Source: Salpingoeca rosetta (taxonomy: Eukaryota > Protista > Choanoflagellata). From it: 64,000 nucleotides of DNA. The translations under genes and the position numbers were made by a program. Shown one piece after another: positions 32,780-45,501 of the stretch (the first letter of the stretch is position 1; each line of letters opens with the position of its first letter). Location: positions 863,729 to 927,728 of the forward strand of contig JAWQFM010000009.1 in the NCBI GenBank assembly GCA_033442325.1, given 5' to 3'. The notes under the pieces were generated by a model that saw nothing but the letters and a program-made list of their open reading frames with translations, was not told the origin of the DNA and did not search any database.

Positions 32780-34441
32780 ATGATGGCGCTGAGGATGGCT
32801 GGCCAACACGTTGTTGGCAGGCGTGGGTGTGCATGTGCGTTTGCGCATGGGTGCTCTATTGCCAGTGGCACACATGCACGGAGCTTCAGCAGAAGCACGA
32901 GTGGTTCGTCGGCGTCCTTGGTATCGTGGGGTGCGAGCGATGGGCTGGGGCTTGGCGTTGGCCGATCCGCCGCGGATTATCCGCTCTACCTGCCTTACTT
33001 TGTGGATGTTGGCGCCAACAAGCTTCCAACCAAAGTGGCAGTGGGAACGAACCATGCTGCAGCCATTATCCAAGGTTGGTAGGTCCTCGGGCAGGGATCT
33101 GGACGTGGTCACATCAGTTGGGGTTCGAATGCTCCTGTGAGGTTGTCTGTGTTGCACTTGCTCGTGTGAACGAGCGTGCGTTGTCTCACATGCCAAAACC
33201 ATGTCCCTCCGTTGTGTGTAAATGTGTGCGTGTATGTTTGAATACTTATGTGTCAATATGTGTGTGAAAACTTTTATATGTGTGTGTGTGTTGCAGATGC
33301 AATAGACGCAACATCTTCGCCACAGCTCTTCATGACAGGCTTGAACACACAACGGCAACTTGGATCCACCACAAATGATCAGATGCTCACCACCTTCAAA
33401 GTGTGTGTGTGCGTGTGTGTGCGTGCGTGTGTGTGTGTGTGCGTGTGTGTGCGTGCGTGTGTGTGCGTGCGTGTGTGTGTGTTTTTGCTGCATTTGTGTG
33501 TCATGGATGAGGGTGTGGGCTCTGCAACCGGCCTCCCCTGTCGCATCCAGCTCACATGTGTATTGTCGTGACGCGTTTTGGCGACACGGGGCTTCTTGTC
33601 CTTGTTCGGCGTCTGCTGTTTGTTTGGTGCCCATGCGCAGGCGAGCGCACTTCCCGATGATGCAGTTCCACGCGACGTGGACTGTGGCCGCTGCCACTCT
33701 GTCGTCGTCTCGGATGCCGGGGTGTTTGCCACGGGCCTCAACTCGCTCGGCCAGTGCGGCGCGGGCGCTTCCCTGCGCACCCTGCCGACGTGGCAGCGCG
33801 TGTATGACGGCGATGTTGACGATGTGGTCTCTGTGACGTGTGGCCTCGACCACACGCTGCTGCTGCTGAAGGATGGCACCGTCCTTGTCTCTGGCTGGAC
33901 AGCCGACGGTCAAACAGGTGCGCACGTGCGAGTGGTGCGCGTCTGTGTGTGTATGCATGTGTATGGATGTGCAGCCGTAGAGGTGGTTCGTGTTGCTGAC
34001 GCCACACCGCCGCACTGTGCGTGTTAACTACGTAAACTGCATTTGACCAGCAGAGAATCGAACAATGCACTCACGTGCACACATACACGCACACGCACAT
34101 GTTAACATATACACTCATGTACACACATGTACACACATGCACACATTTTTCCACAGGGTTGCCTGGGATGACTGCAAATGCACACACGTTTACGCGCATT
34201 CCCGGGTTGGAAGGCGTCATCTCTGTATCCGCAGGCGCCGACACGACGCTCTTCCTCACACAGGTGTGGTGGAGGGGAGGAAAGGAATGCAAAGGAAGGG
34301 CCCAGAGAGACACAGGGGAAGGGAAGGGAAGGGAAGGGAAGGGAAGGGAAGAACGGAAAGACAACGGGGGAACTGCGATGCAGCAGTTGGAAACGAAATG
34401 AGACGCATTCCAATGCCACCAAACACACACACACACACACA

Positions 34442-34501
<60 letters not shown>

Positions 34502-35018
34502 CACACACACACGACACACACACACACACACATACNNNNNNNNNNNNNNNNNNNNNNNNNNNNNNNNNNNNNNNNNNNNNNNNNNNNNNNNNNNNNNNNN
34601 NNNNNNNNNNNNNNNNNNNNNNNNNNNNNNNNNNNNNNNNNNNNNNNNNNNNNNNNNNNNNNNNNNNNNNNNNNNNNNNNNNNNNNNNNNNNNNNNNNNN
34701 NNNNNNNNNNNNNNNNNNNNNNNNNNNNNNNNNNNNNNNNNNNNNNNNNNNNNNNNNNNNNNNNNNNNNNNNNNNNNNNNNNNNNNNNNNNNNNNNNNNN
34801 NNNNNNNNNNNNNNNNNNNNNNNNNNNNNNNNNNNNNNNNNNNNNNNNNNNNNNNNNNNNNNNNNNNNNNNNNNNNNNNNNNNNNNNNNNNNNNNNNNNN
34901 NNNNNNNNNNNNNNNNNNNNNNNNNNNNNNNNNNNNNNNNNNNNNNNNNNNNNNNNNNNNNNNNNNNNNNNNNNNNNNNNNNNNNNNNNNNNNNACACAC
35001 ACACACACACACGCACGC

Positions 35019-35080
<62 letters not shown>

Positions 35081-35333
35081 AGGCATATGAACCCCCTTTC
35101 CTACCCGTCACCTCATCTCGCCCGCCCTGCGTTGCGGCTGCTGCCAGGCGCTGGATGATGGCGCGTACACGTGGGGCACCGGCGCCCTCGGCTCTCACGG
35201 TCACGCGGACAACAACCACCACCCGCACGCGATTGTGTCCACGCCAACCCGGCTCGTGTGCGGGCGTGTGCTGGGCGCTGCGTGCGGCAGCGAGGCATCC
35301 ATCCTCATTGTCACCCCGGAAGGCAGTCAGTAG
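32780..35333 (+). CDS. RCC1-like protein, probably mitochondrial RCC1L/WBSCR16 type; gap inside
   Basis: Presequence-like N-terminus; RCC1 repeats (VAVGTNHA, TGLNTQRQLG, DCGRCHSVV..TGLNSLGQCG, TCGLDHTLLL..SGWTADGQTG, SAGADTT, YTWGTGALG); TAG at 35331-35333. Confidence 0.82.
34536..34994. other. Assembly gap (N run) inside the RCC1-like gene
   Basis: Run of n flanked by (CA)n. Confidence 0.99.
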
Positions 35334-35664
35334 CTACAGTGTGCGCATCAAGGCCCATGGGAAATGCATTGACGCAAGGCAGGCTAAGTTGCCACAGCGA
35401 CCACCCCACCCCGTGTTCAAACCATGTCATTTCACGTGTCTATACCATACATCGTGGAGGCCAAGTATAAACAACACACAATCGGTCAAACAGTTCAAGC
35501 AAAGTCAATAATTCCTTCGTGCCACACCAACACACGCACGAGTAAGCGCTCGAATCGTGTCAACAGCATCGCATAATACGCACACACACACACACTACAC
35601 ACACACATACACACTACACACAGAGACACACATACAAATTAAATCTCCTCTCAACCACTGAGCA

Positions 35665-38600
35665 TCACTGCGATGAAGATTCCTTCCCTTTCGCCTCCTC
35701 TTCCCCCTCTTCTCCATCCAAGGCACCGCCTGCGGGGATGCGCGTCAACTGCGACAAATCCATTTTGTTGAAGCGAATGGCGCCCATAATCTGCTCAGGA
35801 AGCTCCTCCGGGCTCTGGCCCTCAATCAGGAACCCAAGGTCCACGACAATGCTCTTTGCAATCGGTAGCGCGAGTGACGTAATGAACTTGGCCTTGCCCG
35901 CCTTGCTGACGTCGATGTCAATCTCAAACCAGTTGTCGCCGCGGTAGTAGCCGATGGGAACCTTCTTCCCGGGAATGGCCGGCCGCGAACGCAGAGCGGA
36001 GCGCAGGACCAGCGGGCCCTTCACAATGTCCGGAAGAAGTTTGAACCGCGCGTTTCGGTAGGCGTCATCGCCCTCAACAAAGCGGTCAAACAGGCGCGTG
36101 AAGCGCGGGTTGCGATGGCGCCAGTGCGGATCGAGGGGCCGGAAGTACAGCACGATGGAGATGTTGCGCGTGCTTGGGGGCGTGATGCACACCACCAGCG
36201 TGTACGCGGCCGCCAGCTCCCCCGCCGTCAGCGACGGGTCAAACTTGCACTTACTACTGCGCGGGGCAATGTGTGTCTGCTCGCTCGGGTCCTCAAAGCT
36301 GAACTTGTCAACAGCGACAAGATGGAACAGGGCGGGTTCTGCCGTCACCTTCACGCGCGTCTCAAGATAGTCTGGCCCGCGCACGCGAAACTTGCAGCAG
36401 AAGGGCTCCTTCCACTCGTTGGTGGGCGTGGTGCATGCAAGCAACGGGATGTTGTGCATGGTGCCGTCCTCGCCAACAGGGAACTGCGGCGGCTCGAAGA
36501 AGCTCGGCGGCCGCCGGCTTGCAGCACCGCGCTGCCGCTGCTTCCGTCCGCCACGACCGCCACGACCGCCACGACCATCACCACTACTACCGCTGCTGCT
36601 GCTGTGTGTGCTGCGCTGCTTGCGTTTCCGTCGCTGCTTTACACCACGACCACCGCCGCCACTTCCCTCAGCCTCACCCTCTGCTTCATCGTCCCCGCCA
36701 TCACTCACATCGCCGTCACTCGCGCCACCGCCGCCCAAGCCGCGGGGCACGTGCGAGGCAGACGGGGAGAGGAAAGCAAGGTCCGTCTCATCGGCGGCGA
36801 TGCGCCCGCGTGTGACGGCGTCAACAAAGTCGCGGCTGGCCATGTACTCGCTGAGGGAGAGGAGGTTGGTCATCATGGGGCGGATGAACAGGAACGAGTT
36901 GATGGGCGGAATCACCTTCCACGTCGTCAGCCAGTTGGGGTTGTACTGCACCGTCTCCACGACATACGACTTGCGGACAACGTGGTCGCGCTCCGCATAC
37001 TCAGGCTTCATCGGGCAGATGAGGAATGTCCACTGCAGCACGTCAGCCCGCACGGTGCCCTGGCGCGGCGGCGCGGCAGGGTGCTCTGTCGACTGGAGAA
37101 CGATCACGTACGAGCCATCTGCCTCACGCGCCCAGTAGCGAAGACACACGCAGTCGCGCGGCTGGCACCAGAAGGGCCACGCCTTGACCGGCCTCTGCAC
37201 CATGTGCACAATGTCGACGTGTTTGTCCTGTTTTTCGAGCACGGTGACGGAGATGTTAGCGCCGTCCCACAGCACGCGGCCATCGCGCACAGACATGAGC
37301 GCTGCGTGCACCTCCTTTGGTGTTCCGCGCACAGAGTGGCCGGCAACATACACGGGCGTGCGGTTGCGGGCACGGCGGCTGGCTGATGATGATGATGTTG
37401 TTGTTGTTGCTTTGGAGGATGACGAGGACGGTGGCGATGATGACGCGAATGGGGAGCCGCCAAGGCCACCGGCACGGGTGAGGCGGCGCGGGCCGTGGTG
37501 CAGCAGCCAGTACACGCCACCGGCGGCACACAGGGCGGTAGCAACAGACACAACGGAGAGGCCGTGCTCAAGCAGGAGGTAGCAGGCGAGCAGCACAATG
37601 ACGGTGGCAGCCATGCGCCGCAGCGTGTGGCGGTTGTCTGCCTCGATCGTGGCATGGTACTGGGCCACGCTCGGCACCTCCTCCACCTCCCGGTACACGG
37701 TCAGCCCGGACACGACATCGTGCACGACGACATTGACGGCGCGCAGTGGTGACTCGTCGTTTCGGTGATCCACGAGCTCCTGCAGCTGCTCCGGTACAGA
37801 GCCAAGATCCTCCGCATGCATGGACATGCGGCCGAGCCCGCCTCCACCGAGCCCGTTGTAGCCACCATCATCATCGTCATCATCGTCAGTGGCACCAGCG
37901 GCTGCCCGCATGGTGGGCGCAGTCCCTGTTGCTGTTGCAACCGCACCTCTTGCCTGTGCCTCCTCCACCTCACCGTCCTCACCATCCTCGCCATCACCAC
38001 CATCGCCACCGGTCCCGGCCCCGTCTGCGCTGCTTGTGCGGCGGTGGCGGTGCTGTGCATGTGGTTGTGCTGCTGCCTCGGTGTACTGCTGTGCTGCCGT
38101 GCGTTCGGTGCTCGGTGTTGAGCGCTGGCGCCGCAGAAACCGCCCGCGCCGCTTCTTCCGCTGCTGTTCATCCCGCACAGCACCGGCCGTTGCTGTTGGT
38201 GTTGCGCTTGCCGTTGTTGTTGTTGTTGCGGTGCCTTGCGGCGGCGGTGTTGCTGTGCGTGCGGTGGCGGCCTCGGGGTTTCGCTGCATGGCGGTGCGCA
38301 GTGCCACCACCCACTGCTCGGCCTCCTTGCGTGAGTTGACACCGAGCTCAAGCACAGCCCCGCTCTTCACCACCTTGGCGGGCTTCTTGCCCGGCTGCGG
38401 CGGCGGTGTGGCCAGCATGGCTGCTGCTGTCATGCTGCCAATGATCTGCGCTGCTGCTTGCGGCGGTGGCGGCGATGAAGCCGCCTTGTCTCTGCCTTGC
38501 TGTGGCCGCGGCTCTTCTTGTTGCTGTTGCTGTGGTTGCTGTTGGTGTTGTGGTTGTTGTGGTTCCTCCTGTTGCTGGCGCTGCTGTTGGTGTTGAAGGC

Positions 38601-39546
38601 GCCGGGGTTGCAGTTCTGGTGTTGAGACATCACGTGTGAGCGGGCTTGATTTGGAGCGACCACGTGTGCCCGTGTTGGCCGTGGACGGCGACTTTGGGCG
38701 CGCTACTGGCGACGATGGCGGGGCCGGTTGCTGCTGCGGTTGCAGTTGCTCAACGGAGACGTCCTTGTCGACTGGTGCTGGGGTGCCGTTCACGCTCACC
38801 CGCTGCCCCGGTCCGCTCTCGCCCAAACGGCGCTGACCTTGCTGCTGGTACTGCTGGTGCTGCTGTTGCTTGGCCTCTGTGTTGTTGTTGCCCGCGGGTG
38901 GTTGTAGATGCGCCTGTGCTTGTGGGTTTGTTGTTGTTGCTGCTGTTGTGATGTCACCATTTGCACCACGCAGGTGCTGCTGTTGGCGATGGCTGTCAAG
39001 GGCGTCGTGGAACTCTTCCTCTGTGTCGCGATCCGCCAGTGTGTCCTCGTCGTAGTCATCGAAGACGTAGCGCGCATGCTGTGAGGCCGGCGACTGCTGC
39101 GCATCTGGGCTGGTGCTGGTGGCGCTGGTGTTACCTGTCCCGGCACTAGGAGCCGCAGTACCGCCGCCGCTGCTGCCGCGGCCGGGTTTGGTGAGGGTGA
39201 GCTTGAAGGACCAAAAGGATCCTTCTGCATCATCGCCGTCTTTGTTCACGGGGTCTGTTACGTTGCACCCAGAATGCAGCAAGTACGTTCGCCTTGGCCT
39301 GCGGTCCGATTCTTTACCTGTTGGATGGGTGTGTGTGTATTGAACGGAGCAAAGGATGCGTGTGTGTGTGCATGTGTGCGTGTGTGCATGTGCATGTGCA
39401 TGTGTGTGTGTGTGTGTGCATGTGTGTGTGTGCATGGAACACAATTACACACGGGTGAGCGAGCGAGCAAGCTGAGAGTGAGATGCGAACACCCACGTCA
39501 AGCAAGAAGCAATGAAACGCACACAAAACGATGCACGTACTCGCAG

Positions 39547-39597
<51 letters not shown>

Positions 39598-39704
39598 CGC
39601 GCACCAAAATAGTGTAGGAGTCCTGTGCGAGGGTCGAGCACCAAGTAGCGAGTGTTCCATATCCATTGTCGCAGATCGGCCCTGCGACGCACCCACCCTT
39701 CCAT
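35665..39704 (-). CDS. EDR2-like lipid-transfer protein: split PH domain, START domain and DUF1336 (EDR2_C); exons 39704-39605 and 39317-35665
   Basis: PH start MEGWV..TRYLVL..LLHYF and PH helix LELGVNSRKEAEQWVVAL; START motif PRDCVCLRYWAREADGSYVIVLQSTEHP..PP..GTVRA; EDR2_C motifs FRVRGPDYL, RNARFKLLPDIVKGP and DLGFLIEGQSPEELPEQIMGAIRF. Confidence 0.85.
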
Positions 39705-39775
39705 TGCTGTCGGGCTCTTCTTCCGGAAACGTCTGACTGGTCAGCCCTTTGTTGCTGTTGCTGCCGTTGTTCGTG

Positions 39776-39848
39776 GTGCGTGAAGTCGTGCGTGAAGTGC
39801 GTGAAGCGGTGCGTGAAGTGCGTGAAGTGGTGCGTGAAGTGCGTGAAG
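39776..39848 (+). repeat. Seven copies of GTGCGTGAAG in a 9/12-bp alternating (21-bp) array upstream of the EDR2-like start
   Basis: Directly visible; lies between the divergent EDR2-like and PDZ genes. Confidence 0.9.
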
Positions 39849-40324
39849 TGGTGTGTGGAGTGGAGGAGGCCGTGACGTGTGGTGTGTGGGCCAAGCAAAC
39901 AATCTGTCGCTCGATTCCCACACAGCTTGTCTGTTTTTACCCACTGGTGCTGTCGGCAAATGTTTGTTTACCACTGGCTGGCAGCTGTTTTGTTTTGCCC
40001 CCTTTTGAACACACAACCTTTTTTCTTCCCGTGCTTCCACGCCACCGGGTGCCGTTGCTGGGAGCTGGGTCGCGTTGCTGCGTTGCTCGCTCCCCCGTGC
40101 TGCCACGAACAACGGTCGTCCATTCATTCACAGGTCAAGAAGTCATTGGTGGCGAGCGCAGCACAAGGAGAAGCAAGAAAGCCGGAAGGAAGGGGAGCAA
40201 GGCAAGCAAGCAAGCAAGCAAGGGAGGAAGGCAGAAGGCGGGTGCACACGAGACCAGAGCACAGCGCGCGGCTGGGCTGCACTGCCTGCGTGCGTTGGTC
40301 GGAGACATTGTCTACTTTACGTGC

Positions 40325-40545
40325 ATGTCTGGCTCAGAGGACGTCACAAGCAGCAAGCAACGCACGAGCATGGCACTGCTTCCATACCCAAGGACGGTGA
40401 TTGATCCGTTTGCCACAGAATCAGACACGCTTCAGCTCACGTTTGAGCTGCGCAAGTCGCCAAGGTCCGGCCTTGGCGTGACTATTACCGGCAGCAATTC
40501 CGGCTACGACGGGTAGGTCGTGTGCGTGCGTGCGTGCGTGCGTGC

Positions 40546-40593
<48 letters not shown>

Positions 40594-43363
40594 ATGTGTG
40601 TGTGTGAGTGTATCGTCGTGTGTTGTGTGTGTGTGTTTGGTGTGCGTGAGTGTGTGTGTGGTATGTGCTTGTCTGCATGTTGTGTGTGTGCATGTGTGTG
40701 TGTGAGTGTATCGTCGTGTGTTGTGTGTGTATTATCTCATCACATGTGCTGTGTCTGTGCGCGAACATTGTCGCTCTTGTTCAGCACGCACGCTGCATGC
40801 ACGCACGCACGCACACGCACCCACACCCACACCCACACACTCACACACACGCACACGCACATTCAAACACACGCTTACACACCTTCACACACGCATGCAT
40901 GCACGCTTACGTTCATGACATTTCATGCCATGTAGATTGTATGTGGCCGATGTGCCACGCACTAGCTCTGGTCATGGACGTCTTCGCGTAGGCGACAGGC
41001 TCATCCGCGTAAGTCCTGCTGCTGCAAGCACACAGCTCGCCTTTCTGCTGCCTCAGTGTGACAGCGAGGCTGACAGACACAGGCACACAGATACACGCGC
41101 ACGCACACACACACACACAGACACACAGACACATGGACACACACACACACACTGCACAAGCACACAGGCACACGCATACACACACATACACACGCATACA
41201 CACGCATACATACATACACCCACTCACATACACACCATCACGGTACAGATTGACGGGTTTGCGTTGGCGCGAGAACACCTGAGCGACACGGATGCGCTGC
41301 GGGTGATACAGGACCGCCTGTTTGACGACTCCAGCACAGTCCGCCTCACCGTGCTGCGCTCCCCGCTCGTGGGCCTTCGCCCAAACGGAACAAGTGGCGC
41401 CAGCACACCCGTACCGACCATGGCCAACGACGCGGCTGCGCACCACCACCACCACCACCACCACATGGGATCCAACAAGCACCCGGCAGCTGCAGGCGAA
41501 AGGGGCGGAAAAGGTGTTCCCGCGCCTCACTTGCAGCGCGACATGCACGGCACACAGTCCACGCCTTCCCTCTTCCCCTCTTCCCGCCAGGAACAACCAG
41601 CACACCCGCGCTCATCCACATCATCAACAGCATCATCCACACAACAACAGCAGCAGCAGCACGATCGCCGGCATGTGCCTGTGCGACGGTATTACCACCA
41701 CGTGCACGACGCTGACCGCCACCAGACGCCTGGACTGCAGCGCCAGGCGTCGCTGCCCATTGTGCCAAGACACCGCCGTTACACCCCCACGGCAAACCAG
41801 CCGGTCTTTGGTCACGACGCACAGCCGCACCTCTACCAGCAGCAGCACCAGTACCAGGCTGGCAGCGACGACAGCGGCAGCGACAGTGTGAGCGGCAGCG
41901 GGGTGCTGGCTGTGGGTACGCCCTGTCGCATGTGCGCAACAGCCCGCACCATGTACGGGCTGGAGTATTGCTCGCGCCATGCAACCGACCCAGAGTACCT
42001 GGACAGCGTCGCGCACACCACCGCCGCCACCCGCGACGCCACGCTGCAGGGGCTGGCGTCCACGGGGCGTGCATATCTCCACGCGCGTTCGTACGCACAC
42101 GGCCCACCACCGCCGCCACAACCACATCACCAGCACCGGGAGGGCCAGCAGCCAGCACCACCAGCTGTGTCAGCAGCGACTTGGGCGATGACGGCAGCGG
42201 TGCCCGGGACAGGGCAGGCTGGATGGGAGGCGCTTGTTGCGCAGCAGGAGCAGGCGGCACGGTACAACATGATGATGTTTGCGCAGCAGCAGCAGCAGCA
42301 GCATGCGGGGCAGCACCCCACCGGCAGCGTGGACATGGCCGAGTTCCTCTCGGCCGTGCACATTGGCAGCCAGCACGAGCAGCACCACCAGCAGTACGAC
42401 CAGCAGCGGTTTGGAGCCGAGAATGGTGGTGGTGCGCACATGCCAGGCCCTGGTGATGGCGGTGCTGGTGGTGGCCAACTGGCGGGTGATGACGAGGGTG
42501 CAGAGGAAGAGGAGGAAGAGGAGGAGGAGGAGGGGGAGGACGCAGCTCGGACCAGACAGCAGGAAGGCGGGGCAGTGGAGGAGGTGTTTGCTGAGCCAAC
42601 ACCGCCACGCTCCCGACAGCGTGAGCGTGACCAGCACGGGGGCCCGAAGCAGAGCGGCGAGAGTGACGTGGGCGGTGTGGGCGGTGTGCGGGTGACGCAG
42701 AAGACGCTGCGGTCGTCTGTTGCCGCCATCACCGATTTCGAGATTGTCGACGACAGCGCAGATGTGTCCGGCCTCAGGGAGTTCCGCGGTGTTGCGCACA
42801 TCACACGCGCACACCCACAGGGCAACAACGCCACCAACGCTCATAATGATGACGTTGACGATGATGGCTTTGGCAACGGTGGACGTGGTGACAGCAGCAG
42901 CAGCAGTAACAGCAGTAACAGTGCACGTCGGCGAGGTGGTCGGTCGCGTGGGCGGAGCGCAGGACCGTCACGCGGGGTATCGTCGTCTTCAGCGTCAACG
43001 TCGCAGCCGCCACGGCCGCGGCGCACGTCTGGGGAGCAGGGCAGCACGCCTGCGTGGCAGCGGGACACGGTGACAGACCCCGACGCTAGCAACCTGCTGA
43101 GCTTTCTGTCTGAGATGACACGTGAGCGGGAGGCCAAGGAGCGGCGCGCAGCAAGTGTGGCGGCACGACAACACGGCAGCACTGCAGGTGGCCGCGGTGA
43201 TGGTGATGGTGATGATGACGATGTTGTTGGTGATGCTGGTGATGGTGGTCATGTGGGTGCTGGTGATGTTGATCATGAGCGGACGCACCACATCCTGACG
43301 ACGTCTGCATCCAAGGATGACAGCGCGTGGGCCGACGACACAGAGCCCGTTTTTACCTTCTAG
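40325..43363 (+). CDS. PDZ-domain protein with long disordered C-terminus; exons approx. 40325-40512, 40936-41008, 41249-43363
   Basis: Spliced PDZ: FELRKSPRSGLGVTITG..G|LYVADV..SSGHGRLRVGDRLIR|IDGFAL..DALRVIQ..TVRLTVLR. Confidence 0.8.
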
Positions 43364-43417
43364 GGGGCGGTGCCGCATGGTGGCAGCACCATTGCGTCAT
43401 ATGCAGTGGTGTGTGTT

Positions 43418-43514
<97 letters not shown>

Positions 43515-43934
43515 AGGCAGAGAGTGTGCAAGTTCTTATTGCGTGCCTTTGAAGTGTATTGTGGTGACGGATGGCGTGTTTGGTGGGCCGGCTATTTTCA
43601 CTAGATCTGTCCCAGCTATGTCTGTGTGTGTTGTGTCTGTAGTGGTTTGGTTTGGTTGGCACGGATGTTCATGCGGACAGTCTCTTTCTTGTATTCGTTG
43701 TACAAGCAACAAAGAACTATGCCGGCGTGCACGAGAGTGTGGAGCAAGGCGAGTGCACATGAGAGAGAGTGCACGTGCGCGCGTGTGTGCATATGTGTGT
43801 GTGCGCGCATGTGTGCATGTGTGTGTGTGTGTGTGCGTGCAGATGGTAACAAATGCCCACATGAAACATGGGTCAGCGACAACAAACAGGGAATGGCTGG
43901 AGGGCAGGGTGTCCTGTCCCATCATCATCACCCA

Positions 43935-44862
43935 TTACTGGGTTTCGACACTGACGGTGATGGAGGCAGACAGCTTGGTGCGCAGCTCCTCGATGCGTAC
44001 TTTGTTCAGGGAACCCTGCGGCGCATGGGTTGGTTGGTGGTTCGGTGCATGGCATGAGGAAGTGGCAGTGGGACGTGACATGCAGCAGGAAGATGAAGTG
44101 GGTTATTGTGTGTAGGTAGGAATGGTCATAGTCGTGCAGGCTTGCTTGGACACGGCACACGCACGTGCACAAGAGTGCAAACGGGCACTAACGTACACGC
44201 AGGCTGGCGCACGCAGTGATGTACACACACGTGAGTATACACACACGAGCATACACACACACGTACGCAGACACACACACACACACACACACACAGACAC
44301 ACACACACAGACACACAGACACACAGACACACACACACACAGACACACAGACACACACACACACACACACACGGCAGCCCACCTTGTCTGTAAAGTCGGA
44401 AAAGGGAATCCAGAACAAGGCCATGTTGAGGAGAGGGGCACACGGGATGCAGGTAGGCAAGAAACCGGAGCTGAAGGACTTGACAAATGCCGTGCACGCG
44501 TTTGCATCCGCTGCCACGGGCTTGATGTGCACCTCCACCACGTCCAGCCACTCTGATGTTTGTGTGTAGTTCTCGATGCGAACAAAGCCGCGCGTGTCAT
44601 TGCTGATGGCCTTGGCGATGCGCACCTTGCGCGTGTTGGTGAGTCCGGACTCTGGTCGCCCTTCCTGGAAGTCTGCCACCGCGGTCTTGAGCGCCTGTAC
44701 CAGCGCATCTACGGAGCAAGAGGCGCGCCACTGCTCGCTGCCTTGCCGAATGGCCCGCACGCCAAAGCACCACTGCCCAGGCCGCAACACCGCTTGCACG
44801 GGGCCTTGCACCCGCGACATGCACGTCGGCTCGCTCGAAGGCCCTTCAGCGGTCGTGGACAT
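43935..44862 (-). CDS. Small conserved hypothetical protein, DUF1499-like C-terminus; 2 exons
   Basis: Non-repetitive ORF MSTTAEG..YTQTSEWLDVVEVHI..SFSSGFLP..WIPFSDFTDK spliced in phase 0 to GSLNKVRIEELR..*; the SD..G.N..R..LR ending recalls DUF1499. Family call is tentative. Confidence 0.65.
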
Positions 44863-45501
44863 GGCCGCCCCCTGTTGTGTGTTGGGAAGAAAGGGGGGGG
44901 GGTAATATGTGCGTGCGCGCGCGCGCGCGTGTGTGTGCGTGGAGTGGGGGAAGTGGGGGGGGGGGGGTTGTGTGTGGAGTTGCCTCTCCTTCTCGTGCTG
45001 GCTGTTGCTGCGTTGAATCTGCAATGCACGACCGACTTGTTTTCTGGACTCACCGCGCCACGCTAAAGCAACACATCCATCACCACTTGCCGCCCAATAT
45101 CCAAACACACCACACAATCAACTGCAACGACAGCTACGGCGAGCACCACACTTGATCACGGCTCCCAGTTTACTCCATTCAGTGCACTCCACCGCACTTC
45201 GAACCAGGCCTCATCATCACGTCATCAGCGACGACCACGTAACGTGCCCAAACACGCTCGAGTCGTTTTTGCAAACTCCTTCTTCACGCTGTCACGCGCG
45301 TGTAAGAATTGCCATTGACATCATCGTCAGCCAGCATCCTCGATTTTCAGCAAGCAGCCTTGCTGGCTTGTTGTTGATGATCGTGTGACGGTGTGAGTTT
45401 GATACGCTCCTTCCCCGTCCACCTCTTCCCCTTCGCTTCTTCCCCCCCCCCCAAACTCCGCCCACCACTGGCTGTTGACCCTCAGCCATTATTGGTGGAG
45501 G

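Noticed and set aside
39776-39848. Possible CRISPR-like array (also 56918-56992 and 63194-63282)
   Set aside because: Tandem units without unique spacers; no cas genes; eukaryotic context.
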